63,694 bases of DNA, filler included, from Octopus bimaculoides (GCF_001194135.2; 6 parts of 6 records of this genome joined end to end with filler, not necessarily neighbours in it), one strand, 5' to 3'; positions 13,416 through 26,800 are shown, counted from the first letter of the whole stretch. Notes: generated by a model from the sequence alone, not told the origin. Program-made: numbers and translations.

Positions 13416-13562
13416 CAGCTATGGGCAAACTGCGGCCTGTTAGACTTCCTGAATAGCACACCTAGCGAAAAATTGCCTTAAATCTTTTTTTAATAGTACA
13501 GACCACCTGATGAGGAGACATGTTTCGTGCGGCCTGCCTCTCGAAAAAGTTGCCCATGTCTA
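13416..13562. mobile_element. hAT-type MITE
   Basis: Ends CAGCTATGGGCAAACTGCGGCC ... TGCGGCC...AAAAAGTTGCCCATGTCTA resemble MER30/Charlie-type termini. No 8-bp TSD remains. Confidence 0.5.
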
Positions 13563-14924
13563 ATATGAATCAATGATTTTTGCTATCGATCTTCGGCTTG
13601 ATTTCTAACGTAGACGACACAAGCTCACGTATTTGGCTGAGAAAGCGTACTGTCGGTTTATTTGATACTAAGCTATGGCAGTTATTTCATATTATAATAT
13701 AATATAATATAATATGATATAATATAATATAATAATATAATATATTTCATTATATTATTAGAAGCATGACAGGTAAAGTCTGACTCTGATAGAACTTAAA
13801 CATAAAGACCCGTAACTTAATACTGCAAGCATTTTATCTGACAACCGACCATCCACGTGATAATCCGGTTTCCAAGAAACAGTAGCAAAATCTTCTTAAA
13901 ATTTCGCCACACTTCCGCCTTAAAAAAGAAAAACGAGTAATACATTGGACAATGTAATCTTAGATATACAGACAAAAAAGAAAAAAAAACAGTCATGCTT
14001 GGAATACCTCCGATGAAAGGTTTGCCCAGTATTGACTTTTAACCCAGTGTTAATCCTGTGTCTGTCATGTGTATTGCATGTAATACACCGGACATATTTC
14101 CCTGGTGCCTTTGCATCCTATATTATACACATTCACCATTTTTTAAAGAACCAGAGTAGCTTGGGACTTATGACAGTAAAGCCTTATATTACTCGGAACA
14201 TATGAAACAAGAACTAACTATAAGTCTGAAAACAAGAATGAGCATTTATGACAAACTTATTAGAATGTATTAAACAAGCAAAGTGTAAACAGTGTATTGG
14301 GGAAAATAGCTAGTCGCAGACATTTGCTGCTGTTCCAGGCTGGACTCCTAGTCTGAAATTTTAGATGGCAGATTCTGTCATGCATTAAAAGCTGCTGCAC
14401 TCTCTTCGTAACAAAGTTAATTCCCAATAGGTCAGTGGGTAGATTATCAAATGATGTTTAGTATAATAAGTTTGATATATTCAGTATATTTATTTATATA
14501 ATGGATGAAAGTTTTATATAGAAATTATAAGTAAGTATTGGATAAATTGGTGCCAGCGTCTGCAGTTATACATATAATATAAAGTAAAAACTTTTGGTTG
14601 AAAATAAAGTAAAATAAACGTTAATATATGAGGAAGAAGCGCTATGGAAGTGACTGATGTTTCATTGATTACCATTGCTAGATTCAGTTTCTCTCGTGGT
14701 CAAGGATTCGTAATTGATGAGCCTTGTTATACTGACTTGTCCCAAATACATTGAGGGGAGAGTGTTTAGCGGTACCCCCAACGATACAGGGATACACTAC
14801 TGCCCTTGACTGGACCCTGCACAATTTAGCTTGTTAGAGGACACAAATTCGTAGTTGAATAAGGTGGATAGATAGCTAGATAGCAATATGCATAGTCGGC
14901 TGGCTGGCTGACTGACTGGCTGGT

Positions 14925-14959
<35 letters not shown>

Positions 14960-15578
14960 ATGGATGGATGGATGGATGGATGGATGGATGGATGGAGCTG
15001 GTTGATGGATGATTTGATAAATTAATGGTGAATGGCTAGTTGGATACGAAGTAATGAAATTACAGAAAAGTTTTTCAAGAATATGCATATGCCAAGATTA
15101 TTTTGNNNNNNNNNNNNNNNNNNNNNNNNNNNNNNNNNNNNNNNNNNNNNNNNNNNNNNNNNNNNNNNNNNNNNNNNNNNNNNNNNNNNNNNNNNNNNNN
15201 NNNNNNNNNNNNNNNNNNNNNNNNNNNNNNNNNNNNNNNNNNNNNNNNNNNNNNNNNNNNNNNNNNNNNNNNNNNNNNNNNNNNNNNNNNNNNNNNNNNN
15301 NNNNNNNNNNNNNNNNNNNNNNNNNNNNNNNNNNNNNNNNNNNNNNNNNNNNNNNNNNNNNNNNNNNNNNNNNNNNNNNNNNNNNNNNNNNNNNNNNNNN
15401 NNNNNNNNNNNNNNNNNNNNNNNNNNNNNNNNNNNNNNNNNNNNNNNNNNNNNNNNNNNNNNNNNNNNNNNNNNNNNNNNNNNNNNNNNNNNNNNNNNNN
15501 NNNNNNNNNNNNNNNNNNNNNNNNNNNNNNNNNNNNNNNNNNNNNNNNNNNNNNNNNNNNNNNNNNNNNNNNNNNNNN

Positions 15579-15630
<52 letters not shown>

Positions 15631-16250
15631 CAATTTATCAGTTGAACATGATTGGCATAACACTTTCCCTCTCCTCATGCACATAGTGGGAAATATGCTA
15701 ACACACATAAATAAAGGAGAGGGAATAGAGGGAGAGAGGGAGAGCAATTACAATTTATTAATTGAACATGATCGACATAACACTTTTCCTCTCCTCAAAA
15801 ACACAATAAAGAGAAATATGCTCGCATATGATCACAACAGAGAGAAAGAGCGAGTAGGATGGAAAGTGCAAGTAAAACATTGAAACAAAAGAAGCATTAA
15901 AATGTCTACTGTGAAATAAGTGAGCGTCGAATCAGCGACGCCAAATAAGTAAGGCCAAAAGGACTGCGTTAAAACATTTCACGCCCTCAAACCTCAACGG
16001 GGTCAGCTTTCTCTTTCATCTTTTCGAGGTCGTAAAACAAAGTACTCATCATTTCCGCCATTGCTACTTCAACTGCTCAAAGCAGCAAAAGATCGCTCAT
16101 AATTTAAAACGACGAAATATCCACCACCGAGATAAAACTTCAGTACATTCATTTATTGATATACTTCAGTTTACATATAAAAGATATTACATGAAGAAAA
16201 AGAATTATCAAGGAAAAGAATTATAGGTATTTCTCGTGTTTAATTTCCTT

Positions 16251-16745
16251 ATGGCTGTGTGGTAAGAAGCTTGTTTCTCAACCACATGGTTCTAAGTTCA
16301 GTCCAACTGCGTAACACCTTAGATAAGTGTCTTTTACTATAGACCCCGGCCGACAAAAGCCCTGTGAGTGGGTTTGGTAGATGGAATCTGAAAGAAGCTC
16401 ATTGTACATGTGTGTGAGAGAGAGAGAGAGGAAGAGTGTGTGTGTGAAAGAGAGAGAGAGATAGTATGTGTGTGTGTGTGTGTGAAAGAGAGAGAGAGAT
16501 AGATAGTGTGTGTGTGTGTGTGTGTGTGCGTGTGTGTGTGTGTGTGTGTGCGTGCGTGTGTTTACGTTTGCTTGTGTTTGTCCCCACCATCGCTTGACAA
16601 CAGGTGCTGGTTTGTTTATGTCCCTTAACTTAGTGGTTTGGCAAAAGACACCAATAGAATGAGTACCAGACCAAAAAATAAGTACGACTAAAACCATTCA
16701 AGGCAGTGCTCCAGCATAGCCGCAGCCCAGCTTCTGAAATAAACA
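16251..16745 (+). mobile_element. SINE family B
   Basis: Same layout with internal (AG)/(TG) tracts. Confidence 0.85.
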
Positions 16746-17034
16746 AATGATAAGAGATAAAATGATAAGAGATAAAACATAGAAATTGGAAAATGCCCAC
16801 AAGTTTGGCGTAATCTTTAAGTTCAAATAAAGTTTATCTTGAACCAAAACGATTTTAACAGAGCCGTGATTATTAAGCCTAACATACGGATTCTCTGTCA
16901 GCGTCGACGATGACCACTCAGTTGTTCAACCAACTAAATTCTCATTCGTGAAGTTGACCTGTAGGTAACAGTGTATTCAACAGCTCGTGTACTTTCAGAT
17001 CGAATCAGCAAGAAAAGTCTGGACCATACTAAGG

Positions 17035-17145
17035 GAAGAAGAAGAAGAAGAAGAAGAAGAAGAAGAAGAAGAAGAAGAAGAAGAAGAAGAAGAAGAAGAA
17101 GAAGAAGAAGAAGAAGAAGAAGAAGAAGAAGAAGAAGAAGAAGAA
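17035..17145. repeat. Pure (GAA)37 microsatellite
   Basis: Uninterrupted run counted directly. Many other (CA)n, (AG)n, (ATCT)n and (CAT)n tracts occur throughout the window. Confidence 0.98.
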
Positions 17146-18030
17146 GATACATGTACTGGTTTGATATTTTATTTAATGACTGAAAGAATGAAAGGTAAAA
17201 CTAACGTTACTATGATTCGAACTCATAACACAGACATCTGGAATAGATATTCTTTTCTACTCAGGCACAAGGCTTGACATCTGGAATAACTATTGTAGGG
17301 TATTCTATGTTACGCTCTTCACCGTCTTACTCATGCAAATACGAAGGAATAAAACTACCTAGAATTATCGCTTAGAAGCCCAGATACTTTTTTCCTTTTC
17401 GTTATTCTCCCCCCGACACCACCCCACCCTGTCCACCCTTCATCCTGATTGAACAAACAAATGAAGCAAGACTATCTTTGCAAATATGTTAACTCTGTCA
17501 GGTTTCGTGCTATAACACGAAACTATTGGTCCTTGAGTAATTGATGTAGCTGCACTGCAATAAATAAAATGACATGGGTATATTAGTTTGACGATCAGGA
17601 AAAATGGAAAAGTCTTTGACGTTTCGAGCCTACGCTCTTTGCAAGAAAGGAATGGGGAAAAAATGAAAAGAGAGAGAGTAAAAACGTGTCGGGATTAATA
17701 GTTCCACATATATATAAATGTATGTATGTATGTATGTATGTATGTATGTATGTATGTATGTATGTATGCGTGAAGGTGTGTATGTATGTATGTATGTTTT
17801 ATTGTTTAAGTTTTTAAGCCATTGAATTATGGCCTCATTGGGGCGCCGTCATCTTAAAGGGTGTTAGCCACTTTTATCGACACCAGAAACTAGTCTGGTA
17901 ACCATTTTATCAATCTCTATTTACCTAACGGCTAAATTCACCTACTAATTTACATCCCTATAAGGATATACTATTTTTTACCCAGAATTCATAAACAAAG
18001 ATATTCATGCATAGATAGATAGATAGATAA

Positions 18031-18063
<33 letters not shown>

Positions 18064-18076
18064 TAGGCAGGCAGAG

Positions 18077-18160
<84 letters not shown>

Positions 18161-18483
18161 GTTTGTGTGCTGCTTCCGTCCTCCAGATTTCATTCAATAA
18201 GCATGTGTCAACTCCAATACACAGAATAAAAAAATGCATGTTCAAGGTGCCACGTGGCTGTGAACCGAACTACTAAACCACCCAGTCACACCTATATATA
18301 CGCACGCACACACACACACACTAACACAGAGTTCTTGCCCACCATCCTTTACACGTTACTCGCACTGTACTGTTCCAGTTTAGAATGGTTTTAAGCTTTT
18401 TTTTAGGTTGTTGCTGTTGTTTTTTTAATTTACGTATCCAGAATCGTCATTCCATCATTTCAATTTCGGTTTATATATATATA

Positions 18484-18583
18484 NNNNNNNNNNNNNNNNN
18501 NNNNNNNNNNNNNNNNNNNNNNNNNNNTTAATTAATTAANNNNNNNNNNNNNNNNNNNNNNNNNNNNNNNNNNNNNNNNNNNN
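18484..18583. other. Artificial assembly gap spacer N44-TTAATTAATTAA-N44
   Basis: Identical 100-bp construct with the 12-mer at 18528, 23447, 27272, 37127 and 55189. Confidence 0.97.
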
Positions 18584-20673
18584 CGCGATGGAATCACTCA
18601 GCATGCTAGAAATAGAAGCTAAATTACACCCTGCCATCTTAAAAAGAAGCAAGAATGACCACACTGGACAATGTAGTTCTTAGGTGCATTATTTCAAAAA
18701 ATGGTAGAGATACTTCCAGACCCAGACTGTCCTCATACGTCATTGCAATACAAAGGTGACCAGGGGCCACTGATGTAGTTTAGGTTTTGGCCACCCTATG
18801 CAATAGACAAATTGGTTGGCCCCTTCATTTAATCTTTTTCTCCTATTTGTTTCAGGTTTTGCACTGTGGCCATGCTAGGGCACCACCTTCACAGGTTTTA
18901 GTTGAATAAATTGACACCCCCACCCCCACCCTGCCAGTAATCCCTTTCATTTAAAGTTTGGGACTTATTCTATCGGGTCTTTTACTAAACTGCTAAGTTA
19001 GAGGAACATAAACAAAGCAACAATGGTTGTCAAGCAGTGGAAGTGCACAAAGACTCACACAGATATATACAAATACATAGAGAGATATATCATCATCATC
19101 ATCATCGTCATCTGTCCGTTTGACCATGCTGGCATGGGTTGGATGGCATGACCAGAGCTGGTAAGCTGGAGAGCTGCACCAGGTTCGATTTGGCTTGGTT
19201 TTCTACAGCTGGATGCCCTTCCTAATGCCAACCACTTTACAGAGGGCATGGGGGGGCTTTCACATGGCACAACATGGGCATTTCTATGTGGTGCCACATG
19301 GACGTTTTTATGTGATGCCACACGGGTGCTTTTACATGGCACTGCCATGAATGCTTTACATGCACGATGGGCTTCCATACAGTTTCCATCTACCAAACTG
19401 ACTGACAAGACACTAGCCAGCCTGAGGCTACAGCACAAGGCACTAGAGCAAGATGCAGTGCAGTGGAATTGAACTCAAAATCAAGCAGTTGCAGAAGAGA
19501 GCGCCTTAATCACTCAGCCATGTAACAGTTTCAACACGTTTGATCTCCGAACCAGCCCTGCCACCACCACCACCACCAAGTGGCCACCCTGTANNNNNNN
19601 NNNNNNNNNNNNNNNNNNNNNNNNNNNNNNNNNNNNNNNNNNNNNNNNNNNNNNNNNNNNNNNNNNNNNNNNNNNNNNNNNNNNNNNNNNNNNNNNNNNN
19701 NNNNNNNNNNNNNNNNNNNNNNNNNNNNNNNNNNNNNNNNNNNNNNNNNNNNNNNNNNNNNNNNNNNNNNNNNNNNNNNNNNNNNNNNNNNNNNNNNNNN
19801 NNNNNNNNNNNNNNNNNNNNNNNNNNNNNNNNNNNNNNNNNNNNNNNNNNNNNNNNNNNNNNNNNNNNNNNNNNNNNNNNNNNNNNNNNNNNNNNNNNNN
19901 NNNNNNNNNNNNNNNNNNNNNNNNNNNNNNNNNNNNNNNNNNNNNNNNNNNNNNNNNNNNNNNNNNNNNNNNNNNNNNNNNNNNNNNNNNNNNNNNNNNN
20001 NNNNNNNNNNNNNNNNNNNNNNNNNNNNNNNNNNNNNNNNNNNNNNNNNNNNNNNNNNNNNNNNNNNNNNNNNNNNNNNNNNNNNNNNNNNNNNNNNNNN
20101 NNNNNNNNNNNNNNNNNNNNNNNNNNNNNNNNNNNNNNNNNNNNNNNNNNNNNNNNNNNNNNNNNNNNNNNNNNNNNNNNNNNNNNNNNNNNNNNNNNNN
20201 NNNNNNNNNNNNNNNNNNNNNNNNNNNNNNNNNNNNNNNNNNNNNNNNNNNNNNNNNNNNNNNNNNNNNNNNNNNNNNNNNNNNNNNNNNNNNNNNNNNN
20301 NNNNNNNNNNNNNNNNNNNNNNNNNNNNNNNNNNNNNNNNNNNNNNNNNNNNNNNNNNNNNNNNNNNNNNNNNNNNNNNNNNNNNNNNNNNNNNNNNNNN
20401 NNNNNNNNNNNNAGCGAAGTGTGATGGGGAGGGGGTGTTACAGGGTAGCATTGTTGCTGTTGTTATATAACCCCAGGTCAATGCCAATCAAAAAACAAAC
20501 AAAAAACCGACAACAGCTTTAGGCGACTGGATTAACAACTAGAGCTAATCCAAGTACCACAGTGTCTGAAACACGACGGTATCAGACTGCATCTAGCTAC
20601 AAGCTGCATACCATACTGCACATCTGAACATGCAGTGGTTAATTATATGCAATGCAGACTGGGGATGTTGTAC

Positions 20674-20706
<33 letters not shown>

Positions 20707-20951
20707 ACTGTCCAGTCTGTGGCCACAACAGAGGTTGTCACAGTTAACTTGGTTCAGAAATAACATCCACTGCAACTCTGTAACAATTATTATTATTATT
20801 ATTTTTATCGCTGTACAACCCAGAAATGTTTACAACTATCAATGTTAATATTATTTATGCTGTAGTTACTCGGTGTATATATAACTGCCTTATTGGTCTG
20901 GACTGAAAGGAGATGTAATGTTTGTTAGGATGCTGTCCTGCTATTGTTGTA

Positions 20952-21329
20952 GATATTATCTGCCAGTTTGCTGTAAAAGCAGTCTTTCGGGAATCGCATG
21001 TCAGGCATTTGAACAAGATGGCCTGCTCACCTGGCTTGTGATTGCCTCAGTAGTAAATGTTTGGCAGATTGGCAGATCAGCTTGAGAGAGGACCTCTGTG
21101 TCTGGGACCTTGTCTTGCCAGATGATTTTCTGTGGATTGGTGGAAAGCAAGAGCATGCAAGGTGGACAGAAAAGGGCACTTCGAGGACACACTCAAAGCC
21201 TCACTAAAGAGCTTTGAGATCAACCTTGACAATTGGGAAATGCAAGCACAAGACTGCCCTGCCTGACAAAGCTACACTAACAGAAGTGTCACCTCATACA
21301 AAGAGAACAGGATTGCAGAAGCAGAACAG
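20952..21329. mobile_element. 5'-truncated and 5'-inverted RTE-clade LINE fragment
   Basis: Minus 20952-21135: KIIWQDKVPDTEVLSQADLP..RQSQAR*AGHLVQMPDMRFPKDCFYSKL. Plus 21140-21329: QGGQKR.HFEDTLKASLKSFEINLDNWEMQAQD...SYKENRIAEAEQ. Both match the RTE ORF C-terminus. Confidence 0.85.
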
Positions 21330-21675
21330 GTTCAGTCCCACAGTAAGGCACCTTGGGTATGTGTCTTCTACTATAGCCTTGGGCTGATCAAAGCCTTGAA
21401 AGCAGATTCAGTAGATGGAAACTGAAAGAATACCACTGTGTATGTGTGTATATATATGTGTGTGTGTGTGTCCTCATCACCACTTGGCAACCAGAGTTGG
21501 TTTGTTTACGTTCCTGTAACTTAGCAATTCAGCAAAAGAGATTGATAAAATAAGTAGCCGTCTTAAAAAGAAAAAAAAAAAAAAAGTTGTGGGGGCGATT
21601 TGTTTGACCAAGACTCTCCCAAGGTGGTGCTCCAGCATGGCTGCAGTTGAATGATTGAAACAATTAAAAGAATAA
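21329..21675 (+). mobile_element. SINE family B, 5'-truncated, abutting the RTE fragment
   Basis: Begins at GGTTCAGTCCCA and ends after GCTCCAGCATGGCTGCAG. Confidence 0.8.
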
Positions 21676-22020
21676 AAGATAGATTTATACTTTCTGAACC
21701 CAAATAAAAGGTTGACATATAAAACCACTTCTTAGAATAAAGGGCCATGAAGTTTGGCAAGGATTTCAAGGACTTCCACATTAAAAAAAGGTTTAGCAGC
21801 AATGACAAAAACAACAAAAAAAACAAAAAAAAACATCANNNNNNNNNNNNNNNNNNNNNNNNNNNNNNNNNNNNNNNNNNNNNNNNNNNNNNNNNNNNNN
21901 NNNNNNNNNNNNNNNNNNNNNNNNNNNNNNNNNNNNNNNNNNNNNNNNNNNNNNNNNNNNNNNNNNNNNNNNNNNNNNNNNNNNNNNNNNNNNNNNNNGA
22001 TGATGATTGTGATCATGATA

Positions 22021-22052
<32 letters not shown>

Positions 22053-22127
22053 GGTGGTGGTGATGATGATTGTGGTGGTGATGATAATGATGACGGTGAT
22101 GACGGTGATGACGGTGATGCTACTCAC

Positions 22128-22181
22128 CTTTGCTTTCAATTTTGCTAATTCTGCTTCAGCAACAGCATTTTTGTATTGGAG
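22128..22181 (-). CDS. Coding exon (54 nt, phase 0-0), LQYKNAVAEAELAKLKAK, coiled coil
   Basis: Acceptor ttttttcatctttcag, donor AAG|gtgagt. In frame with the upstream exon, giving ...MFVKLKE|LQYKNAVAEAELAKLKAK. Confidence 0.85.
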
Positions 22182-22981
22182 CTGAAAGATGAAAAAAATA
22201 CAAGGATGATAACATGTCATGTGAGTGTGTGTGTTTTGTGTGAGAGGGAGGGGGAGAGAGAGAGAGAGAGAGAAAAATAGTATGTGTGTGTGTGTGTCAG
22301 TAAGAGGGAAAAAGTATGTGTACATGGGTGCAAACTGATTTCTGATAGGATCACACGTAAAAGGGATTTAGTTGAACAACTTAAGGAGCCCTAGCAAGGC
22401 ACAAAACCAATTCAAAGCCCCTTGCAGGATTTGAACTCAAAACATAAACAGATATAAGCATGGGCGTTTTGAAGGATGTAGTGTCCTGATAGCTAACAAC
22501 TGCTGGAGGTAGTTTATTTCTGCAACTCAGAGTGTGAGAAAATATTTCCGAAAGTCATGGGAGCAGTGTTATCTTTTTTCTGATTTTGGAAGCATGTCCA
22601 CAAGTGTTAGACATATGGAATTCAAAAAAGTGCCCAAGGTTAATGTTGGAAAGATGGTGGGTATTGGATCTAACACAGAGCCAGTAGGCTTAACACTACC
22701 AGCAGGGCCCTAGATACCTTTACTGGACAGGATGTTGGGTCTAACATGCAGCCACTTGGTTTAACACCAATACAAGGTTCTTGTGTACCTTTTGTCTGAG
22801 ATTAAATTAGACAATGGCTTTATACACAGAGTTATAGATTCTTCCTCTCCTACCCCATCAGCAGACTCAAAGATCCTGCAAAGATCGCTGCAGCTGCTCT
22901 TCCTCTGCTAACTAAAACATTTAACCCGAAAGTGAGAGGCGTCATTTTATCAGAACAAACCACAAACAGAACGGTACTTAC

Positions 22982-23179
22982 TTCTTTTAATTTGACAAAC
23001 ATTGCCTGAGACTCCATATCGGGTGAAATGGATTCACTGCTACTTTCCTCCAACTCAAACACTTCAATAGAAGCTTTGGAAGTTTCTTCCGGGGAGCTGA
23101 GCAGCTCGCTGGAAGGCATCGACAATGGAGTAGCTTCCCCTGCCATTGGATCTTCCAATGATTGGTCAGCTTCTTCAAA
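22982..23179 (-). CDS. Coding exon (198 nt, phase 0-0), Ser/Glu-rich linker FEEADQSLEDP...SQAMFVKLKE
   Basis: Acceptor (ttg)n-ccaccag, donor GAA|gtaagt, 66 open codons lying inside ORF 22850-23251. Confidence 0.85.
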
Positions 23180-23237
23180 CTGGTGGCAACAACAACAACA
23201 ACAACAAAAAATAAGCACAAATAATAATAAACAAATA

Positions 23238-23335
23238 TGAGGGTGAGTCAAAAAGTAATGCCATTTTGTTTAGGACAGGTATAATTACCAATACAGGAAC
23301 ATGTATCATACATCAAAATGAAGCTGGTCCTCTGT
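23238..23335. mobile_element. Mariner terminal fragment
   Basis: TA|TGAGGGTGAGTCAAAAAGTAATGCC is a typical mariner TIR start after a TA target. Confidence 0.6.
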
Positions 23336-23544
23336 TGAATTAAAGTCGTTTTCTTATTTTTTTTTTAGGGAAAAATCTCTCATGTTTTGTTTTATTTCCT
23401 TTNNNNNNNNNNNNNNNNNNNNNNNNNNNNNNNNNNNNNNNNNNNNTTAATTAATTAANNNNNNNNNNNNNNNNNNNNNNNNNNNNNNNNNNNNNNNNNN
23501 NNGTGTGTGTGTGTGTGTGTGTGTGCGTGTGCGTGTGTGCGTGT

Positions 23545-23680
23545 GTTCGCGCGCGCGTTCGGTTCCGCAAGAACAGCTGCATGCCGCTTGTGAAGCATTC
23601 GCACCTAGACTTAAAGCTGTGATTCAAAACATAGGTGGTAATATCTAATAAATGTGGTAGTGTCATGATTGTGCTTCCTT
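23545..23680 (+). mobile_element. Tc1/mariner-superfamily transposase C-terminal fragment
   Basis: VPQEQLHAACEAFAPRLKAVIQNIGGNI* matches the IP...I..AC..F..RL.AVI...GG C-terminus. Confidence 0.65.
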
Positions 23681-24544
23681 TACCATAGCATTGCAACGCT
23701 CGAACCCGAAATATAAGAAGGTATAAAAAACAACTTTCAGGAAAAATAGTGGCTTTTTCACGTAGAAGGTTGTAAATTTTTTCTGTATCGAAGTTCGTTA
23801 AGCTGAAAAAGTTGTTTTATAGCTTATGGTTAGTATCAGGGATTGCTGTGTATGGTTTTCCACCCATTTTCAATCGAATCTCCTGCTAGTCAATATAGGA
23901 TCCCTTGATGACAATGTAAACTCCTTTTGATTAAGGTATCTTTTATTCGACGAGTAGCTGGCGGGTTACCCCACGTTTGGGTAATTACTACCTCCAAGGT
24001 TTTGTTAGCAATTTTATCTACTCCATTCCCTAATTTTGTAAGTACGTATATATATGTATGTACAGATATATACGTGAACGTACATACATACATACATACA
24101 TATATATATATATATACACACATACATATATATATATATATANNNNNNNNNNNNNNNNNNNNNNNNNNNNNNNNNNNNNNNNNNNNNNNNNNNNNNNNNN
24201 NNNNNNNNNNNNNNNNNNNNNNNNNNNNNNNNNNNNNNNNNNNNNNNNNNNNNNNNNNNNNNNNNNNNNNNNNNNNNNNNNNNNNNNNNNNNNNNNNNNN
24301 NNNNNNNNNNNNNNNNNNNNNNNNNNNNNNNNNNNNNNNNNNNNNNNNNNNNNNNNNNNNNCCGTAGTTGTGGTACACTTCCGTTGGATTTACTTCAGGA
24401 ACTTCGCAGTCGCAGTTAGGGTAATAGTATTAATTGATAGTAGGAGATGGATTTCGTATTAGACTTTCATTAGATACAATATATGTTTCGACCCATATGG
24501 TTGGTGACAGGAAATTTTCGGAGAAAATTTGTCAAAGAAATATG

Positions 24545-24915
24545 TGGTAAGTAGCTTGCTTACCAACCACATGGTTCTGGGTTCAGTCCAACTGCGTGGC
24601 ACCTTGGGTAAGTGTCTTCTACTATAGCATCGGGCCGACCNNNNNNNNNNGTGGCACCTTGGGTAAGTGTCTTCTACTATAGCATCGGGCCGACCAAAGC
24701 CTTGTGAGTGGATTTGGTTGACGGAAACTGAAAGAAGTCTGTCGTATATATATATATGTGTGTGTGTGTCTGTGTTTGTCCCCCCAACATCACTTGATAA
24801 CCGATGCTGATGTGTTTACGTCCCCGTAACTTAGCGGTTCAGCAAGAAAGACCAATAGAATAAGTACTAGTCTTACAAAGAGAATAAGTCCTGGGGTCGA
24901 TTTGCTCGACTAAAG
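24545..24915 (+). mobile_element. SINE family B
   Basis: Same layout; contains a 10-N gap with a duplicated 45-bp overlap. Confidence 0.9.
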
Positions 24916-25466
24916 GCGGCGGCGGCGGCGGCGGTGGTGGTGATGGTAGTGGTGGTGGGAACGATAGTTCTAAATTGTAGTATCGATGGTTTTAGCGGCC
25001 ATATACTGTGAATGGTAGGTTGTTATTGTTGTCCAAGAGAATGGACTGAAAAATTTGATAGTGAAGATGCGAAAATAAAAGACTGAAAATGAAACCAGAG
25101 ACGTCAACAACAATAATATCAACAACAAAACAAGATAAGCAGCAAAGACACCATACAAACGCGAAAACAAAGAGAGCAGCAGCAGAATCAAAGTGAGAAA
25201 CTTTGTAGTCTAGAAAAAGCAAAATGACAAATCCACTATACTTTTACATTTCCTGCACACATGCATGCACACAGTCTTCCACTAACCTATACATATTCAC
25301 CGACTATCCCCAGCCACGCCCTGACATACAACCCCTGCCACTTACCGATCCCACTCTGCCTTCAATCATGATTACAGCAGTTGTCAGCAGGATGTTCGTG
25401 ATGCAGAAGATATCGTCCAGTCGGTATGGCACCTTTTTCTCTGCACTTGATTAATTAAATCCTCAC

Positions 25467-25494
25467 CTTGATTAGTTGCCTAGGCGACCGCAGA
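25467..25494 (-). CDS. Candidate 28-nt micro-exon (phase 2-0), (S)LRSPRQLIK
   Basis: Strong acceptor ttttttctcttatcag and donor AAG|gtgagg. Phase 0 out matches the 22982-23179 exon. Confidence 0.5.
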
Positions 25495-26444
25495 CTGATA
25501 AGAGAAAAAAGATTAATTAAGATTATCAATAATCGTTTAGATTTTTTTATGCATTCTTTCTTTTATTTTTGAACTAGAGATTGTCTTGCGGTGTGAAATG
25601 AAAGCGACGGATTTTTAGATGGTGTACAAGATGTCTTTTTCTGTCTCATGTAACAGAGCAGGTTGGCAACGATCTATATGCCTGTTATTGACTTCCGCAT
25701 TCGTTCTACTTGTTTTCGGTTACGTTTCTTTTGTTAGAGTTTTTAGACCGTCGGGAGAAATACCTTTTGTTAATTATTCTGGCTCTTTACGTTCTGATGT
25801 CAAATCCTGCCGAGGTCAACTAACTTTGCCTTTCATCAAGCTAAAGTCGATAAAGCAAAGTACAGGGATCGATAGTATCGACTAATTCTCTCCTTTTTGG
25901 AATTATCTCTAAGTCAGAAAGCATTAGAAGGCGATGAGCTGGCAGAATTATTAGAGCGTTGGAAAAATTGCGTTCCGACTCATTACATTCTGCGTTTAAA
26001 TTCCGTCGATATCGACTTGCCTTTCTGGGTCAATAAAATAAGTATCAATGAAGTATTTAGACGGATGTAATCAACTCGTCCCCTCCCTTCAATCGAAAGT
26101 TGAAACAGAAAAAAAACAATTAAACAAGTTGACACTGTTATGAATATGAGAAAGTCGCAATTTGACGAACAAAAATGCAAATGTATACAATATAAATAAG
26201 GACGCTAATAATTCATTCCTTGCTTCGCAAACTAAAGGGAATACTGGACATTGCTCAGTATTTCACGATGTATCACCTGAAAATATTCGAAGGTATGTCA
26301 CCCGTATAAACAGTACTTTGTGTGTTACTTTGACGTTCTTCTGTGCAATTTTTTCATCATCATTATTATTATTATTATTAAGAGAGCAACGCACGTCATT
26401 AAAAGAGACATATACGAATATACGAACCCAAATATACCCATCAT

Positions 26445-26800
26445 GATAAGAGTCCAGGCACATGCATCACAGCCATGTGTGTGACATGGTGATCTGATAT
26501 CGAGGTAAACAGCGCATGACTTTGCAGGTGGGGCCCAGTTAGAATTTTCTTCAGGTCTAGAAGCCCATCCTTCTCAAAAAGATGACTGTTTAAGGATGGT
26601 GAACAAAACACCCATGTTTCTAGAGATGAATTACTTAAACTTCTAAAAATTCCTCTCAACACATGGGTATGATGCTTCCTCATTACTTCTGCTTGTAATC
26701 AGAGATGCACATATTGTCCGCCACTAAGAGACATGCTCAGCTGGTTATGATCAAGCTAGTGACAAGCAAGTCTGTCAAGATAAAACATGTTCATGAAAAC
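26445..26800. repeat. Interspersed repeat family E
   Basis: The 3' part (ATCAGAGATGCA.ATATTGTC.GCCAC.AAG.GACATGCTCA) recurs at 38873-38975. Confidence 0.7.

Noticed and set aside
13507-13546. Hammerhead-like CTGATGA...GAAA
   Set aside because: Stem II pairs poorly, no stems I or III are found, and it lies inside an hAT-type MITE.
16934-17030. Minus-strand segment after the (CTT)n tract with a cccttag acceptor
   Set aside because: Phase 0 hits a stop after 7 codons. The pyrimidine tract is only the microsatellite.
24596-24695. 45-bp tandem duplication inside a SINE
   Set aside because: The copies flank a 10-N gap, typical of unmerged overlapping contig ends.
26238-26292. Plus-strand exon-like segment with GAAG|gtatgt donor
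   Set aside because: Weak AAG acceptor and no compatible partner exon identified.
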